The notes beneath the pieces were generated by a model. That model made no database searches, was not told the origin of the DNA, and saw only the letters and a list, made by a program, of their open reading frames with translations. A DNA stretch of 50,104 nt from Chthoniobacteraceae bacterium (GTDB lineage: Bacteria; Verrucomicrobiota; Verrucomicrobiia; Chthoniobacterales; Chthoniobacteraceae): positions 1-50,104 of the forward strand of contig JAYTDO010000256.1 in the NCBI GenBank assembly GCA_043735935.1, given 5' to 3'. Numbering within the stretch: the stretch's first letter is position 1; every line of letters starts with the position of its first letter. Shown here piece by piece: positions 10,851 through 19,238 of the stretch. A program made the translations under genes and the position numbers.

Positions 10851-11123
10851 ATGCCCAGAGTCCTCATCCCCACGCCCCTCCGCAAACTCACGAACGATCT
10901 CGACGAAGTGAGCACCGCGGGCGAAACCGTCGGCGAACTCATCGACAACCTCGACAAAGCCTTCCCCGGCCTCAAAAATCGGGTCTGCGACGACGAGGGG
11001 AACGTCCGCCGTTTCGTCAACATCTTCGTCAACGGCGAAGACATCCGTTTCCTCGATGATAACGCCACTCCCGTAAAGGAAGCCGACGAAATCAGCATCG
11101 TTCCCGCCATCGCCGGAGGCTAG
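10851..11123 (+). CDS. MoaD/ThiS-family ubiquitin-like sulfur-carrier protein (C-terminal GG)
   Basis: 90 aa ending ...ISIVPAIAGG, immediately followed by the stop. It has the typical MoaD-like length and pattern (VFVNGEDI...) and starts 22 nt after the ThrC-like gene. Confidence 0.8.
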   Translation: MPRVLIPTPLRKLTNDLDEVSTAGETVGELIDNLDKAFPGLKNRVCDDEGNVRRFVNIFVNGEDIRFLDDNATPVKEADEISIVPAIAGG

Positions 11124-11144
11124 GCCCCAACCACACGCAACATC

Positions 11145-11393
11145 ATGCCCGCTGACCAACAACGCCTCTGGCTCATGTTCCCGGCCAAGCTCATCACCCG
11201 TCCGATCATCTGGGAACTCGGGAAGCAATTCACCGTCGTCACCAACGTCCGGCAATGCAGCGTCACCGACGAGGTCGGCCTCGCCTCGCTCTCGCTCGAA
11301 GGGGAACGCGACGAAATCAAAAAGGCCATCGCGTGGCTCGAAGAGCTCGGTGTCAAAGTCGAACCCGTCGAGATCCAAACCATCGAAGGCTGA
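11145..11393 (+). CDS. Stand-alone NIL-domain protein (MetN C-terminal-like)
   Basis: 82 aa. The sequence WLMFPAKLITRPIIWELGKQFTVVTNVRQCSVTDEVGLASLSLEGERDEIKKAIAWLEELGVKVE matches the NIL-domain pattern seen in methionine ABC ATPases and archaeal homocysteine-synthesis proteins. It starts 21 nt after the MoaD-like gene. Confidence 0.65.
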   Translation: MPADQQRLWLMFPAKLITRPIIWELGKQFTVVTNVRQCSVTDEVGLASLSLEGERDEIKKAIAWLEELGVKVEPVEIQTIEG

Positions 11394-11496
11394 TCGGGCG
11401 TCCCGTCGAAAATTAAAAGGCGCCGTGAGAGATAAAGTTTGCCGTCTCTTCCGGCGGTCGTATCCTTCAACTGCCTCTACCTCCAAACATCTCATC

Positions 11497-12198
11497 ATGA
11501 AACTAACACGTTCCACGTCCGACTCCGGGTTCACCCTCATTGAACTCCTCGTCGTGATCTCCATCATCGCCATCCTGGCGGGCATCGCCCTCCCGGTCTT
11601 TGGTGAAGTCCAAATCAAAGGCGCTCAAACCAAGGCGCTCTCCAACGCCAAGCAGATCGGCCTCGCGATGAAAATCTTCGCCGGCGATTTCAATGGTGAA
11701 TTCCCGCGCTGGACCGATCTCGACAACAAGACCGGCACACCCACGGATTCAAACACAGCTCTTCAGGTCCTCGTGCCCGATTACGTGCCGGATAAGACGA
11801 TCTTCGGCATCCCGAAGTCCGTCTTCGGAAAAGGTGCCTCCACCGGTGGCAGCGGCCAAGAGACCACGCTCCGTGCAGGCGAAAACGAATGGGCCTACGT
11901 GATGAACCTCAACGACACCTCCAATGCCCGCTTCCCTCTCATTGCCGACGGCTTCGTCCCCGGCAGCGAAAGCGGCGACCCGAGCTACGCTGAAGACGAC
12001 AAGCAGCCCGGCGGGGTCTGGAAAGGCAAGAAAGCCGTCGTCATCCGTGTCGACAGCAGCGGCAGCATTGAATTGTGCGTGAAGAAAAAAGTGCCGAAGA
12101 GCGACAACGAGCGGACCACCAACCTCTTCAAAGAAGATGCCGGTGCGACGCCTCCGTGGCTCGTCGGCGTCAAAGTCTTGAACCCGATGGTGCCTTAA
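11497..12198 (+). CDS. Prepilin-type N-terminal cleavage/methylation domain protein (pseudopilin-like)
   Basis: I prefer the ATG at 11497 (MKLTRSTSDSGFTLIELLVVISIIAILAGIALPVF). This is the classic G/FTLIEL prepilin peptidase motif plus a hydrophobic helix. The upstream part of the track ORF (from 11350) overlaps the NIL gene and is basic and low-complexity. Confidence 0.85.
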   Translation: MKLTRSTSDSGFTLIELLVVISIIAILAGIALPVFGEVQIKGAQTKALSNAKQIGLAMKIFAGDFNGEFPRWTDLDNKTGTPTDSNTALQVLVPDYVPDKTIFGIPKSVFGKGASTGGSGQETTLRAGENEWAYVMNLNDTSNARFPLIADGFVPGSESGDPSYAEDDKQPGGVWKGKKAVVIRVDSSGSIELCVKKKVPKSDNERTTNLFKEDAGATPPWLVGVKVLNPMVP

Positions 12199-12230
12199 GC
12201 TGCAGCACTGATTAAAACAATCTCCATCAC

Positions 12231-12265
12231 GCCGGCCCCGTTCGCGGGGTCGGCGTTTTGCTTTT
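12231..12265 (+). terminator. Rho-independent terminator after the pilin-like gene
   Basis: GC-rich hairpin gccggccccg-ttcg-cggggtcggc (12231-12254) followed by gttttgctttt. Confidence 0.7.
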
Positions 12266-12278
12266 CAGACGCTCGTCC

Positions 12279-13589
12279 TCAATCCACCGTCGACGCCACA
12301 CTCCCGTCGTGGAAACGCGTCACAAGATGGGTGCCGGGCGCGACGGATTTTGCAGAGGAAACCACCGCCCCGCTTTCCAGCGACGTAATGCTGTAGCCTC
12401 GACGCAACGTCGCCTCCGGAGCCAGGAGCCGAAGGGACGACTGGAGACGCCCAAAACGCTCACGCAGCAACGCAATCCGGTGATCCGGCCGATGCTCCCG
12501 CAGCGCTCCGGCCGCCTCAGCGAAAGCCCGCCGCGCAGACCCGATCGCCGTGACACCGGCACGCGCCAAGGCCTCCTCCATCGCATCGAGTTCCTGCTCC
12601 GCCCCATCCAATCTTGCCCTAGGCTCCCGATGAAGCGCTCCACTGGTGAGCACCGCCAACTGCCCCCGACAACGCTCGACCTCCGTCCTCAAGCGGCGAG
12701 TCAGTCGCATCTCCGTCTGTGCAAGATGCCGCAGCAACTCACCGGCATCGGCAACGATCAACTCAGCCGCCGCGCTCGGCGTTGGCGCGCGTAAATCCGC
12801 GACGAAATCCGCGATCGTAAAATCGATCTCGTGCCCGATCGCGGAGACGACCGGTATTTCCGAAGCGGCCATCGCCCGCGCGACCACCTCCTCATTAAAC
12901 GCCCATAAATCCTCCACACTTCCCCCCCCACGGGCGATAACGATGATCCCGACCGGATCGAGCCCGAAGTCCTCGAATCGATTCAGTTCCCCAATCGCCG
13001 CCGCGACTTCCGCCGCCGCTCCTTCCCCCTGAACCCGCACCGGGCTCACGACCACCCGCAACCACGGCGCACGCCTGCCGAGCACGTTCAACATATCACG
13101 CAACGCAGCCCCGGTCGGCGACGTGACGATGGCCACCGATGTCGGAAACGCCGGCAGGGCTTTCTTGCTCTCAGCGTCAAACAACCCCTCCGCGTCGAGC
13201 TTGCGCTTGAGCGCCTCAAACTTCGCCTGCAACAAACCCGCGCCTCCCGCCTGAACGAGCTGGACGTTAAGTTGATACTGCCCGCGCGCCTCGTAGACCG
13301 TCATCGTCCCGCGCACCTGCACCTGCATCCCGTCCGCGAGCGGCACCTCGCCCCTTCGCGCGCCACCACGCGCAAAGAGCACACACGCGAGCTGCGAAGT
13401 CGCATCTTTCAACGTGAAATACTGGTGCCCCGACGCCTGCCGCCGAAAATTGCTCACCTCGCCTTCGACCCATACTACACCCACACCATCCTCGATCGCC
13501 GAACGCACCGCGCGCGTCACATCCGAGACCGAATAAACGCGCGGTTCATCCCGGGGCGGCTCAGGTGTGGCAAACAAATCGAGTTCCAT
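12279..13589 (-). CDS. xseA: Exodeoxyribonuclease VII large subunit
   Basis: MELDLFATPE...YSVSDVTRAVRSAIEDGVGVVWVEGEVSNFRRQASGHQYFTLKD is the N-terminal OB-fold signature of XseA, and the length fits. I prefer the ATG at 13589; a TTG at 13598 is the track start. Confidence 0.9.
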   Translation of the reverse strand: MELDLFATPEPPRDEPRVYSVSDVTRAVRSAIEDGVGVVWVEGEVSNFRRQASGHQYFTLKDATSQLACVLFARGGARRGEVPLADGMQVQVRGTMTVYEARGQYQLNVQLVQAGGAGLLQAKFEALKRKLDAEGLFDAESKKALPAFPTSVAIVTSPTGAALRDMLNVLGRRAPWLRVVVSPVRVQGEGAAAEVAAAIGELNRFEDFGLDPVGIIVIARGGGSVEDLWAFNEEVVARAMAASEIPVVSAIGHEIDFTIADFVADLRAPTPSAAAELIVADAGELLRHLAQTEMRLTRRLRTEVERCRGQLAVLTSGALHREPRARLDGAEQELDAMEEALARAGVTAIGSARRAFAEAAGALREHRPDHRIALLRERFGRLQSSLRLLAPEATLRRGYSITSLESGAVVSSAKSVAPGTHLVTRFHDGSVASTVD

Positions 13590-13601
13590 CGGGACCAAAT
13601 C

Positions 13602-14915
13602 TTACCCGCGCCGATATGCCCGCGCCAGAAGCGTGATGGGGTGAACCACCTCCACTCCACCGCCCGCCTCCAACTGCACGCAACAGCCCGGATTCGCCGA
13701 CGCCACCACCTCCGCTCCCGTCTGCTTGATGTTCGCCATCTTCCGCGCGAGCAGCTTTCGCGACATTTCAGGCTGCGTGATGTTGTAAATGCCCGCGCTT
13801 CCACAGCACCAGGTCGCCTCCTTCATTTCCACGAGTTGCAATCCAGGGATCAGCTTCAGCAACTCGCGCGGCTGGCGCGTGATTTTCTGGCCGTGGCAAA
13901 GGTGGCACGCCTCATGATACGTCACCGTTTGCCCACCACCGGACGCCGGCGCGGCAACGCCGATTTCGATCAGCCATTCATGAATGTCCCGCACCTTTCC
14001 CGACCATTGACGCGCTCGCGAGGCATAGCGCGGATCTCCGGCCAGCAGATGGTCGTAATGTTTGAGGTGCGAGCCACACCCCGCCGCATTGGTGATGATC
14101 GCATCCAACGCATCGAGATCGAAGGCGTCGATGTTGCGCCGGGCCATTTCGCGCGCCCACTCGACCTCCCCATTGTGCGCGTGTAGCGAGCCGCAGCAGT
14201 GTTGCGCGCCGGGTGTCACGACTTCACATCCATTTTCAAGAAGTACGTCGACCGTGTCGCGATTGACGTGCGGATAAACGAGATCCTGCACGCAACCCGT
14301 CAGCATCCCGACCCGGTAGCGGCACTGGTCAGGCGATTCCACCGCGCCGATCAGGGCGTCGGAAAAATCGCGCTGCACCCGCGGCGTGAGTGGCTCCAGT
14401 TCCCGCAAGTCGCGCGGCAGCAGACGGGTCAGCCCCGTCTTCCGCACCAACGCTTCGACCCCGCTCGCCTGGTACCATCGCAGCACCCGCCCGAGCGCGC
14501 GCAGCAGCAGCGGACGGGTGAAGATGAGCCGCAACGCAAACGCCCGAACCATCGAACGCTGCGGGGCATCCAGCACCCCGGCGCGTTCGATGTCCGCGCG
14601 AGCGCTCTCAAACATCGGCGCATACTGCACGCCCGCGGGACACGCCGTCTCGCACGCCAGGCAGCCGAGGCAAAAATACATCTCATCGCCAAACGCCTCG
14701 CTCACCCCGAGTCGCCCGTCGGCGATGCCGCGCATCAGCGCGATCCGTCCGCGCGGGCTATTCCGTTCGAGCTTCGTCTCGGCGTACGTCGGGCAGGTCG
14801 GCAGACACATCCCGCAGTGCATGCACTGCTGAAGGACCGAGTAGTCCAGGCCCGAAAGATGGAGCGCCTCAGCGGTCAAAGATTTTACCGGGGTTGAGGA
14901 TGCCGTCAGGATCAA
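13602..14915 (-). CDS. glcF: Glycolate oxidase iron-sulfur subunit-like (Fe-S)-binding protein
   Basis: Two ferredoxin-type motifs (CMHCGMCLPTCP and CLGCLACETACP) and two C-terminal CCG-type Cys-rich repeats (CCGS). The start is uncertain. The track TTG at 14915 overlaps glcD by 47 nt, and an in-frame TTG at 14879 would reduce the overlap to 11 nt. Confidence 0.8.
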   Translation of the reverse strand: MILTASSTPVKSLTAEALHLSGLDYSVLQQCMHCGMCLPTCPTYAETKLERNSPRGRIALMRGIADGRLGVSEAFGDEMYFCLGCLACETACPAGVQYAPMFESARADIERAGVLDAPQRSMVRAFALRLIFTRPLLLRALGRVLRWYQASGVEALVRKTGLTRLLPRDLRELEPLTPRVQRDFSDALIGAVESPDQCRYRVGMLTGCVQDLVYPHVNRDTVDVLLENGCEVVTPGAQHCCGSLHAHNGEVEWAREMARRNIDAFDLDALDAIITNAAGCGSHLKHYDHLLAGDPRYASRARQWSGKVRDIHEWLIEIGVAAPASGGGQTVTYHEACHLCHGQKITRQPRELLKLIPGLQLVEMKEATWCCGSAGIYNITQPEMSRKLLARKMANIKQTGAEVVASANPGCCVQLEAGGGVEVVHPITLLARAYRRG

Positions 14916-16239
14916 GCGCCGCCTTGAGTCGTTTCATCAGCGACAGACTAGCGTCGCCGAGCGCGCTCGGCAGGAATTTCTTCTTCGCCAGTCCCACTCC
15001 GTGCTCACCGGTGATCGTGCCGCCGAGGCTCAGCGCGTAGTCAAAAATCTCCACCATCGCCTTCTCGACCCGCTCCATTTCGTCATGGTCGCGCTCGTCG
15101 GTCAGAAACGTCGGATGCAGGTTCCCGTCGCCCATGTGGCCAAACGTGCCGATCCGGAGACGATGGCGCGCACCGACTTCCTGGATGAATCGGATCATCT
15201 TCGTCAACTCGCTCCGCGGGACCGTCGCATCTTCCAAAATCGTCGTCGGCGCGACGCGGGCCAGTGCCGAAAATGCCGAGCGCCTCGCGGTAGCAAGCTT
15301 TGCGGCTTCCGCCGCGTCAGCCGCCCGCCGGACTGACCGGGCGCCGCAGTTCCGCGCGATTTCCTCCATCTGCCGGCCCTGCTCGTCGACGACGGCGGCG
15401 TGCCCGTCCGTTTCCATGAGCAGAATCGCTTCGGCATCGAGCGGCAGTCCGACGTGGGCAAAATCCTCGACGCAGCGGATCGTGACCTTGTCGAGAAACT
15501 CCAGCGTGCAAGGGATGATCTTCGCCGCGATGATCGCCGACACCGTATCGGCTGCCGCGTCCATGCGGTCGAAAGTCGCGAGCAACGTCGCTTTCGCGGC
15601 GGGCTTCGGCACCAACTTGAGAAGGACTTTGGTAATGATGCCGAGGGTCCCCTCGCTCCCGACAAAGACATCCTTCATCGAATAGCCGGCCACATCCTTC
15701 ACGCACTTGCTGCCCAGCCACACGATTTCGCCGCTCGCCAGCACGACTTCCATCCCCATCACATAATCGCGCGTGATCCCATACTTCAGACCGCGCAACC
15801 CGCCGGAGTTCTCTGCCACATTGCCGCCGATGGTTGAGATTTTCATCGAGCCCGGATCGGGCGGATAAAGCAGACCGCAAGCGTCCGCGGCGTCGGCGAT
15901 CTGCTGCGTAATCGCCCCGGATTCCGCCAGCAACGTCAGGTTCTTTTCGTCGAGTTCGACGATGCGATCCATGCGCACGAGGCAAAGCACGATGCAACCG
16001 GCGACAGGCACGCTCCCGCCGCTCAGGCCGGTGCCGGACCCACGTGTCACCACCGGCACCTTCTCACGGGCGGCGAAACGAATGACCGCGGCGACTTCTT
16101 CCGTCGTCTCGGGCAGCACCACGCACGCGGCTTCGCCGTGCAAGGTCGCCGTCCCGTCGAAGCCGTAGACCATCAGGTCCTCCAGCGAAGTGAGCACGCG
16201 TTCCGGAGCGAGCAGTGAGGTGAGCGCGTCGAGGTTCAT
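14869..16239 (-). CDS. glcD: FAD-linked oxidase, glycolate oxidase subunit GlcD-like
   Basis: FAD-binding PCMH-type N-terminal domain (PVVTRGSGTGLSGGSVP) and a C-terminal FAD-oxidase domain ending GEHGVGLAKKKF...LDPDGILNPGKIF. ATG at 16239. Confidence 0.85.
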   Translation of the reverse strand: MNLDALTSLLAPERVLTSLEDLMVYGFDGTATLHGEAACVVLPETTEEVAAVIRFAAREKVPVVTRGSGTGLSGGSVPVAGCIVLCLVRMDRIVELDEKNLTLLAESGAITQQIADAADACGLLYPPDPGSMKISTIGGNVAENSGGLRGLKYGITRDYVMGMEVVLASGEIVWLGSKCVKDVAGYSMKDVFVGSEGTLGIITKVLLKLVPKPAAKATLLATFDRMDAAADTVSAIIAAKIIPCTLEFLDKVTIRCVEDFAHVGLPLDAEAILLMETDGHAAVVDEQGRQMEEIARNCGARSVRRAADAAEAAKLATARRSAFSALARVAPTTILEDATVPRSELTKMIRFIQEVGARHRLRIGTFGHMGDGNLHPTFLTDERDHDEMERVEKAMVEIFDYALSLGGTITGEHGVGLAKKKFLPSALGDASLSLMKRLKAALDPDGILNPGKIFDR

Positions 16240-16880
16240 CGCTTTTCGTAAAAGCGCAGAGCCTCAATCTTCCGGCCAAACTCGCGCAACGGATAAAGGC
16301 CCTTCGCGGCGCCGGCGCCGGGATCGCGTGTGAGGTAGTCGAATCCATCCTTGCCGGCGATCACGACAAAATGTGTGACGCCGTTCGGGTATCGCATCCG
16401 TACGATCACTGGGTTTCCCGCGAAAAGGTTTGCATCGATGAGATGATAAGTCGGCGCGTCCTCATAGACGTGACGCACCTTGTCCGGCGCGAGTTCCGCC
16501 GCCTTTTCCCAATACAGCCACCCTCGCGGAGTGAATCCGCCGTTAGTCTTCAAAAACGAGTTCAAACGCTGAGGATCGGTGTCGATGCCGTAGCTCGCGA
16601 GCACCATCGCCGCCGAACAAACCGCGCAACCTTCCGCCCCAAGCGTCGTCGCAGCGGGCCCGAGTTGATCATCCCTCCACCGATCATCGCCCTGCCTGAA
16701 TTGCGGAACCGGGATCTCGACGCGGCGCGGAAAATAAAAGCCGCCGCTCGCCTCGATCGGCCCCTTCCGATTCCACGACTCCCACACGTAAGAAGCTTTG
16801 ATGAGTGTGCAAAACCCGCCGATGACCAGCGTGAGCAGCGCGAATTGCCGGAGACGAAATAAGAAGCCCGAGCGACGCAT
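16236..16880 (-). CDS. Membrane-anchored papain-like (peptidase C39-like) cysteine peptidase domain protein
   Basis: N-terminal TM segment (FALLTLVIGGFCTLI). Candidate catalytic Cys in GAEGCAVCSAAMVLA and His in GVTHFVVIAGKDG, with spacing typical of C39-like domains. The TGA overlaps the glcD ATG (ATGA at 16236-16239). Confidence 0.55.
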   Translation of the reverse strand: MRRSGFLFRLRQFALLTLVIGGFCTLIKASYVWESWNRKGPIEASGGFYFPRRVEIPVPQFRQGDDRWRDDQLGPAATTLGAEGCAVCSAAMVLASYGIDTDPQRLNSFLKTNGGFTPRGWLYWEKAAELAPDKVRHVYEDAPTYHLIDANLFAGNPVIVRMRYPNGVTHFVVIAGKDGFDYLTRDPGAGAAKGLYPLREFGRKIEALRFYEKR

Positions 16881-17863
16881 CAGCAGAGGTTTGGCGCGAA
16901 AAGGATCTTTCCTGCCCGGCCACTACGAGCGGCGTGCGCCAGCGCTTCGGCGGCGGCTTCCAATGGATAAATCCGCTCGACTGGCGTGTGAAGCGTGCCG
17001 CGCTGCGCGAGAGCAAACAGCTCATCGAACATTGCATTCCGCTCGTCCGCCATCGCCCGGCCCATCCACGACGTGATCCAGAACCCGCGGAAGCGGATGT
17101 CCTTGAAGATCAGCAATCCGTTTGGAATGCGAAGCGGATGACGGCTCATCGCACCATAGGTCACCAAGGTGCCGCTGGTCGCCAGTGCATTCGCAACGCG
17201 CAACGCGCTTTCGCCGCCCACGGCGTTCAGAGCCAGACGGATCGGTGCGTCAACGGGGGAGGTGAATTTTTCATCATCCGCGAACACGAAATCCGCGCCC
17301 GCGGAGACGAGTTCATCCATCAGTTCGATCCGTCGAACCAGGTTGATCGTTCGCAGTCCCGTGGCTTTTGCGATCTGGATCACCGCGCGACCGACCCCCG
17401 AATTCGGCGCGTTTTGAACCACGAATTCGCCCCGCTGGAGTGAGGTGAAATCCCGCAACATGCGCAGAGCCGTCGGAGGGTTGATCTTCAGCATCGCCGC
17501 CTGCTCCGGTGCGATCCCCGGTGGCACGACGATGAGGTCAGCCGCATTCGCCACCCCAGCTTGCCGCCACGCGCCGAAGGCATGCGGCAGGAGCACCATG
17601 TCGCCCGGTCGCACATTTTCCACACCCGCGCCGACGGACTCGACCTCGCCCGCGCCTTCGACGCCAGGCACTCCGGGCAGCGTGGGACGGATCGGGTATT
17701 TGCCTTCCAGCACGTTCAGATCGGCGGGATTGATCGGTGAGGCAAGCACGCGGATACGAGCTTCGCCAAATTGGGGCGTGCGCACGTCGACCTCCGCGAC
17801 GCGCGCGACCTCCTCCGGCGCACCGTGATGTTGGATAACTATGGCCCTGACTTTCTCGTTCAC
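16880..17863 (-). CDS. Zinc-type alcohol dehydrogenase-like / NADPH:quinone or 2-enoyl thioester reductase (MDR family)
   Basis: VRAIVIQHHGAPEEV...INPADLNVLEGKYP...GVEGAGEVESVGAGVENVRPGDMV plus the Rossmann motif NAPNSGVGRAVIQIA. The start is uncertain. I prefer the GTG at 17863 (MNEKVRAIV), and the track ORF extends to 18010. The stop overlaps the downstream peptidase ATG by 1 nt. Confidence 0.75.
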   Translation of the reverse strand: MNEKVRAIVIQHHGAPEEVARVAEVDVRTPQFGEARIRVLASPINPADLNVLEGKYPIRPTLPGVPGVEGAGEVESVGAGVENVRPGDMVLLPHAFGAWRQAGVANAADLIVVPPGIAPEQAAMLKINPPTALRMLRDFTSLQRGEFVVQNAPNSGVGRAVIQIAKATGLRTINLVRRIELMDELVSAGADFVFADDEKFTSPVDAPIRLALNAVGGESALRVANALATSGTLVTYGAMSRHPLRIPNGLLIFKDIRFRGFWITSWMGRAMADERNAMFDELFALAQRGTLHTPVERIYPLEAAAEALAHAARSGRAGKILFAPNLC

Positions 17864-18805
17864 TCCCGCCAAACATGCCGGGCCGTGGCCGCGCCGACAA
17901 CTTCCAACAACATCCGCCATCTCGAATCCGCCGCGCGTCTCGCGCTGCTCGGCACCGTCGTGAACTCGGCGCTCGCCGTGGTGAAAGTAGCCGCGGGCGT
18001 CTTCGGCCATTCGTATGTCCTGATCGCCGACGGCATCGAGTCGACCCTCGACATCTTCGGTTCGCTCATCATCTGGGGCGGCCTCAAACTCGCCTCACGC
18101 CCGCCAGACGATTCACATCCGTACGGCCACGGTAAAGCCGAAGCGCTCGCCGCCATCGTCGTGGCGCTGACCGTGGTCCTCGCCGCGATCGGTCTCGCCG
18201 CGCAGAGCGTGCGCGAGATCTTGACGCCGCACCACGCGCCCGCGCCCTTCACGCTCGCGGTGCTCGTCGTTGTGGTCATTGTCAAAGAGACGCTCTTTCG
18301 CCGCGTCATCCAAACGGGGGACAAGATCGGGAGTTCGGCGATGAAAACCGACGCATGGCACCATCGCTCGGACGCGATCACTTCGGTCGCCGCGTTTGTC
18401 GGCATCGGGATCGCGCTGCTAGGCGGGCCGGGCTGGGAATCGGCGGACGACTGGGCCGCGCTGCTGGCGTGCGGGCTGATCGGAGTGAATGGCTACCAAC
18501 TCCTGATCCCCGCGTTGCAGGAGGCTTTGGACGCGGCGCCGCCCGAGGAAATCGCCGCCCGCATCCGCGCGACCGCCAGCGCCGTACCCGGGGTGGCGGA
18601 ACTCGACCAATGCCGCATCCGCAAGATGGGTCTCGATTATTACGTGGATCTCCACGTCGGAGTGAATGCGGACCTTTCCGTCCGCGAAGGGCACCGGATC
18701 GCGCACGCCGTTAAGGATGCGATTCGCACCGAGCATCCGGCGGTCGCCGATGTGCTCGTCCATATCGAGCCGTCGGAGCCTACTCCGCCGCGCGCCGCCG
18801 ATTGA
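17828..18805 (+). CDS. Cation diffusion facilitator (CDF) family metal efflux transporter
   Basis: TM1-2 signature LIADGIESTLDIFGS, the motif HPYGHGKAEALA, HHRSDAITS in TM5, and a C-terminal cytoplasmic domain (VAELDQCRIRKMGLDYYVDLHV). The start is ambiguous between the ATG at 17828 and the GTG at 17885. Confidence 0.8.
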   Translation: MLDNYGPDFLVHSRQTCRAVAAPTTSNNIRHLESAARLALLGTVVNSALAVVKVAAGVFGHSYVLIADGIESTLDIFGSLIIWGGLKLASRPPDDSHPYGHGKAEALAAIVVALTVVLAAIGLAAQSVREILTPHHAPAPFTLAVLVVVVIVKETLFRRVIQTGDKIGSSAMKTDAWHHRSDAITSVAAFVGIGIALLGGPGWESADDWAALLACGLIGVNGYQLLIPALQEALDAAPPEEIAARIRATASAVPGVAELDQCRIRKMGLDYYVDLHVGVNADLSVREGHRIAHAVKDAIRTEHPAVADVLVHIEPSEPTPPRAAD

Positions 18806-19235
18806 GGAACACCTTACAGGCGCCCTTCATCCGCGTGAGGATGTAATACACCGTCTGCGAACGAATGCGGACGAGTTGCCCGCCGACGATGCGAGGCACG
18901 AAGTCAGCGGGCAGTTCCATGATTTCATCGAGCGTCGATCCCTCCAACCCCTTGCACAAAATGGCGGTCATCGCCTTCGTGAGCGTCTGCACCTGCGGAC
19001 CGAGGGTGATCCGAAACGCCACGCGGTTTGCAGGATCGACCCGCATAAAAACGCCCACGGTGTCCGTGCATTCCTCGTCCTTGCGAACGTCTTCGAGGTC
19101 GAAAGTCTCGCCCGGCTTGGGCTCGTGCCGCTTCGACTGCTCGGAGTAGGCGATTAGATTCTCGCGCTTCTCCTCCTCCGGCAGCGATTCAAACAGGCTG
19201 ATGATCGCTTCGAGCTTCGGCGGGTAATGAATCAC
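18780..19235 (-). CDS. SufE-like (Fe-S metabolism associated) sulfur-acceptor protein
   Basis: 151 aa with a GTG start. PPKLEAIISLFESLPEEEKRENLIAY... with a single candidate active Cys in DEECTDTVGVFMRV, which is a SufE/CsdE-like layout. It starts 3 nt downstream of the rhodanese gene. Confidence 0.6.
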   Translation of the reverse strand: MIHYPPKLEAIISLFESLPEEEKRENLIAYSEQSKRHEPKPGETFDLEDVRKDEECTDTVGVFMRVDPANRVAFRITLGPQVQTLTKAMTAILCKGLEGSTLDEIMELPADFVPRIVGGQLVRIRSQTVYYILTRMKGACKVFLNRRRAAE

Positions 19236-19238
19236 GGC

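Noticed and set aside
9404-11110. 568-aa minus-strand ORF spanning the riboswitch and the ThrC-like and MoaD-like genes
   Set aside because: It is antisense to three genes with clear family motifs. Its translation is low-complexity (Gly/Ala/Asp/Arg-rich) with no recognisable motif. This is a typical shadow ORF of high-GC DNA.
17828-17885. Apparent 36-bp 5' overlap of the divergent MDR reductase (GTG 17863) and CDF transporter (ATG 17828) genes
   Set aside because: This is most likely a start-codon assignment problem. The CDF has an in-frame GTG at 17885 that removes the overlap. Sequence alone cannot resolve it.
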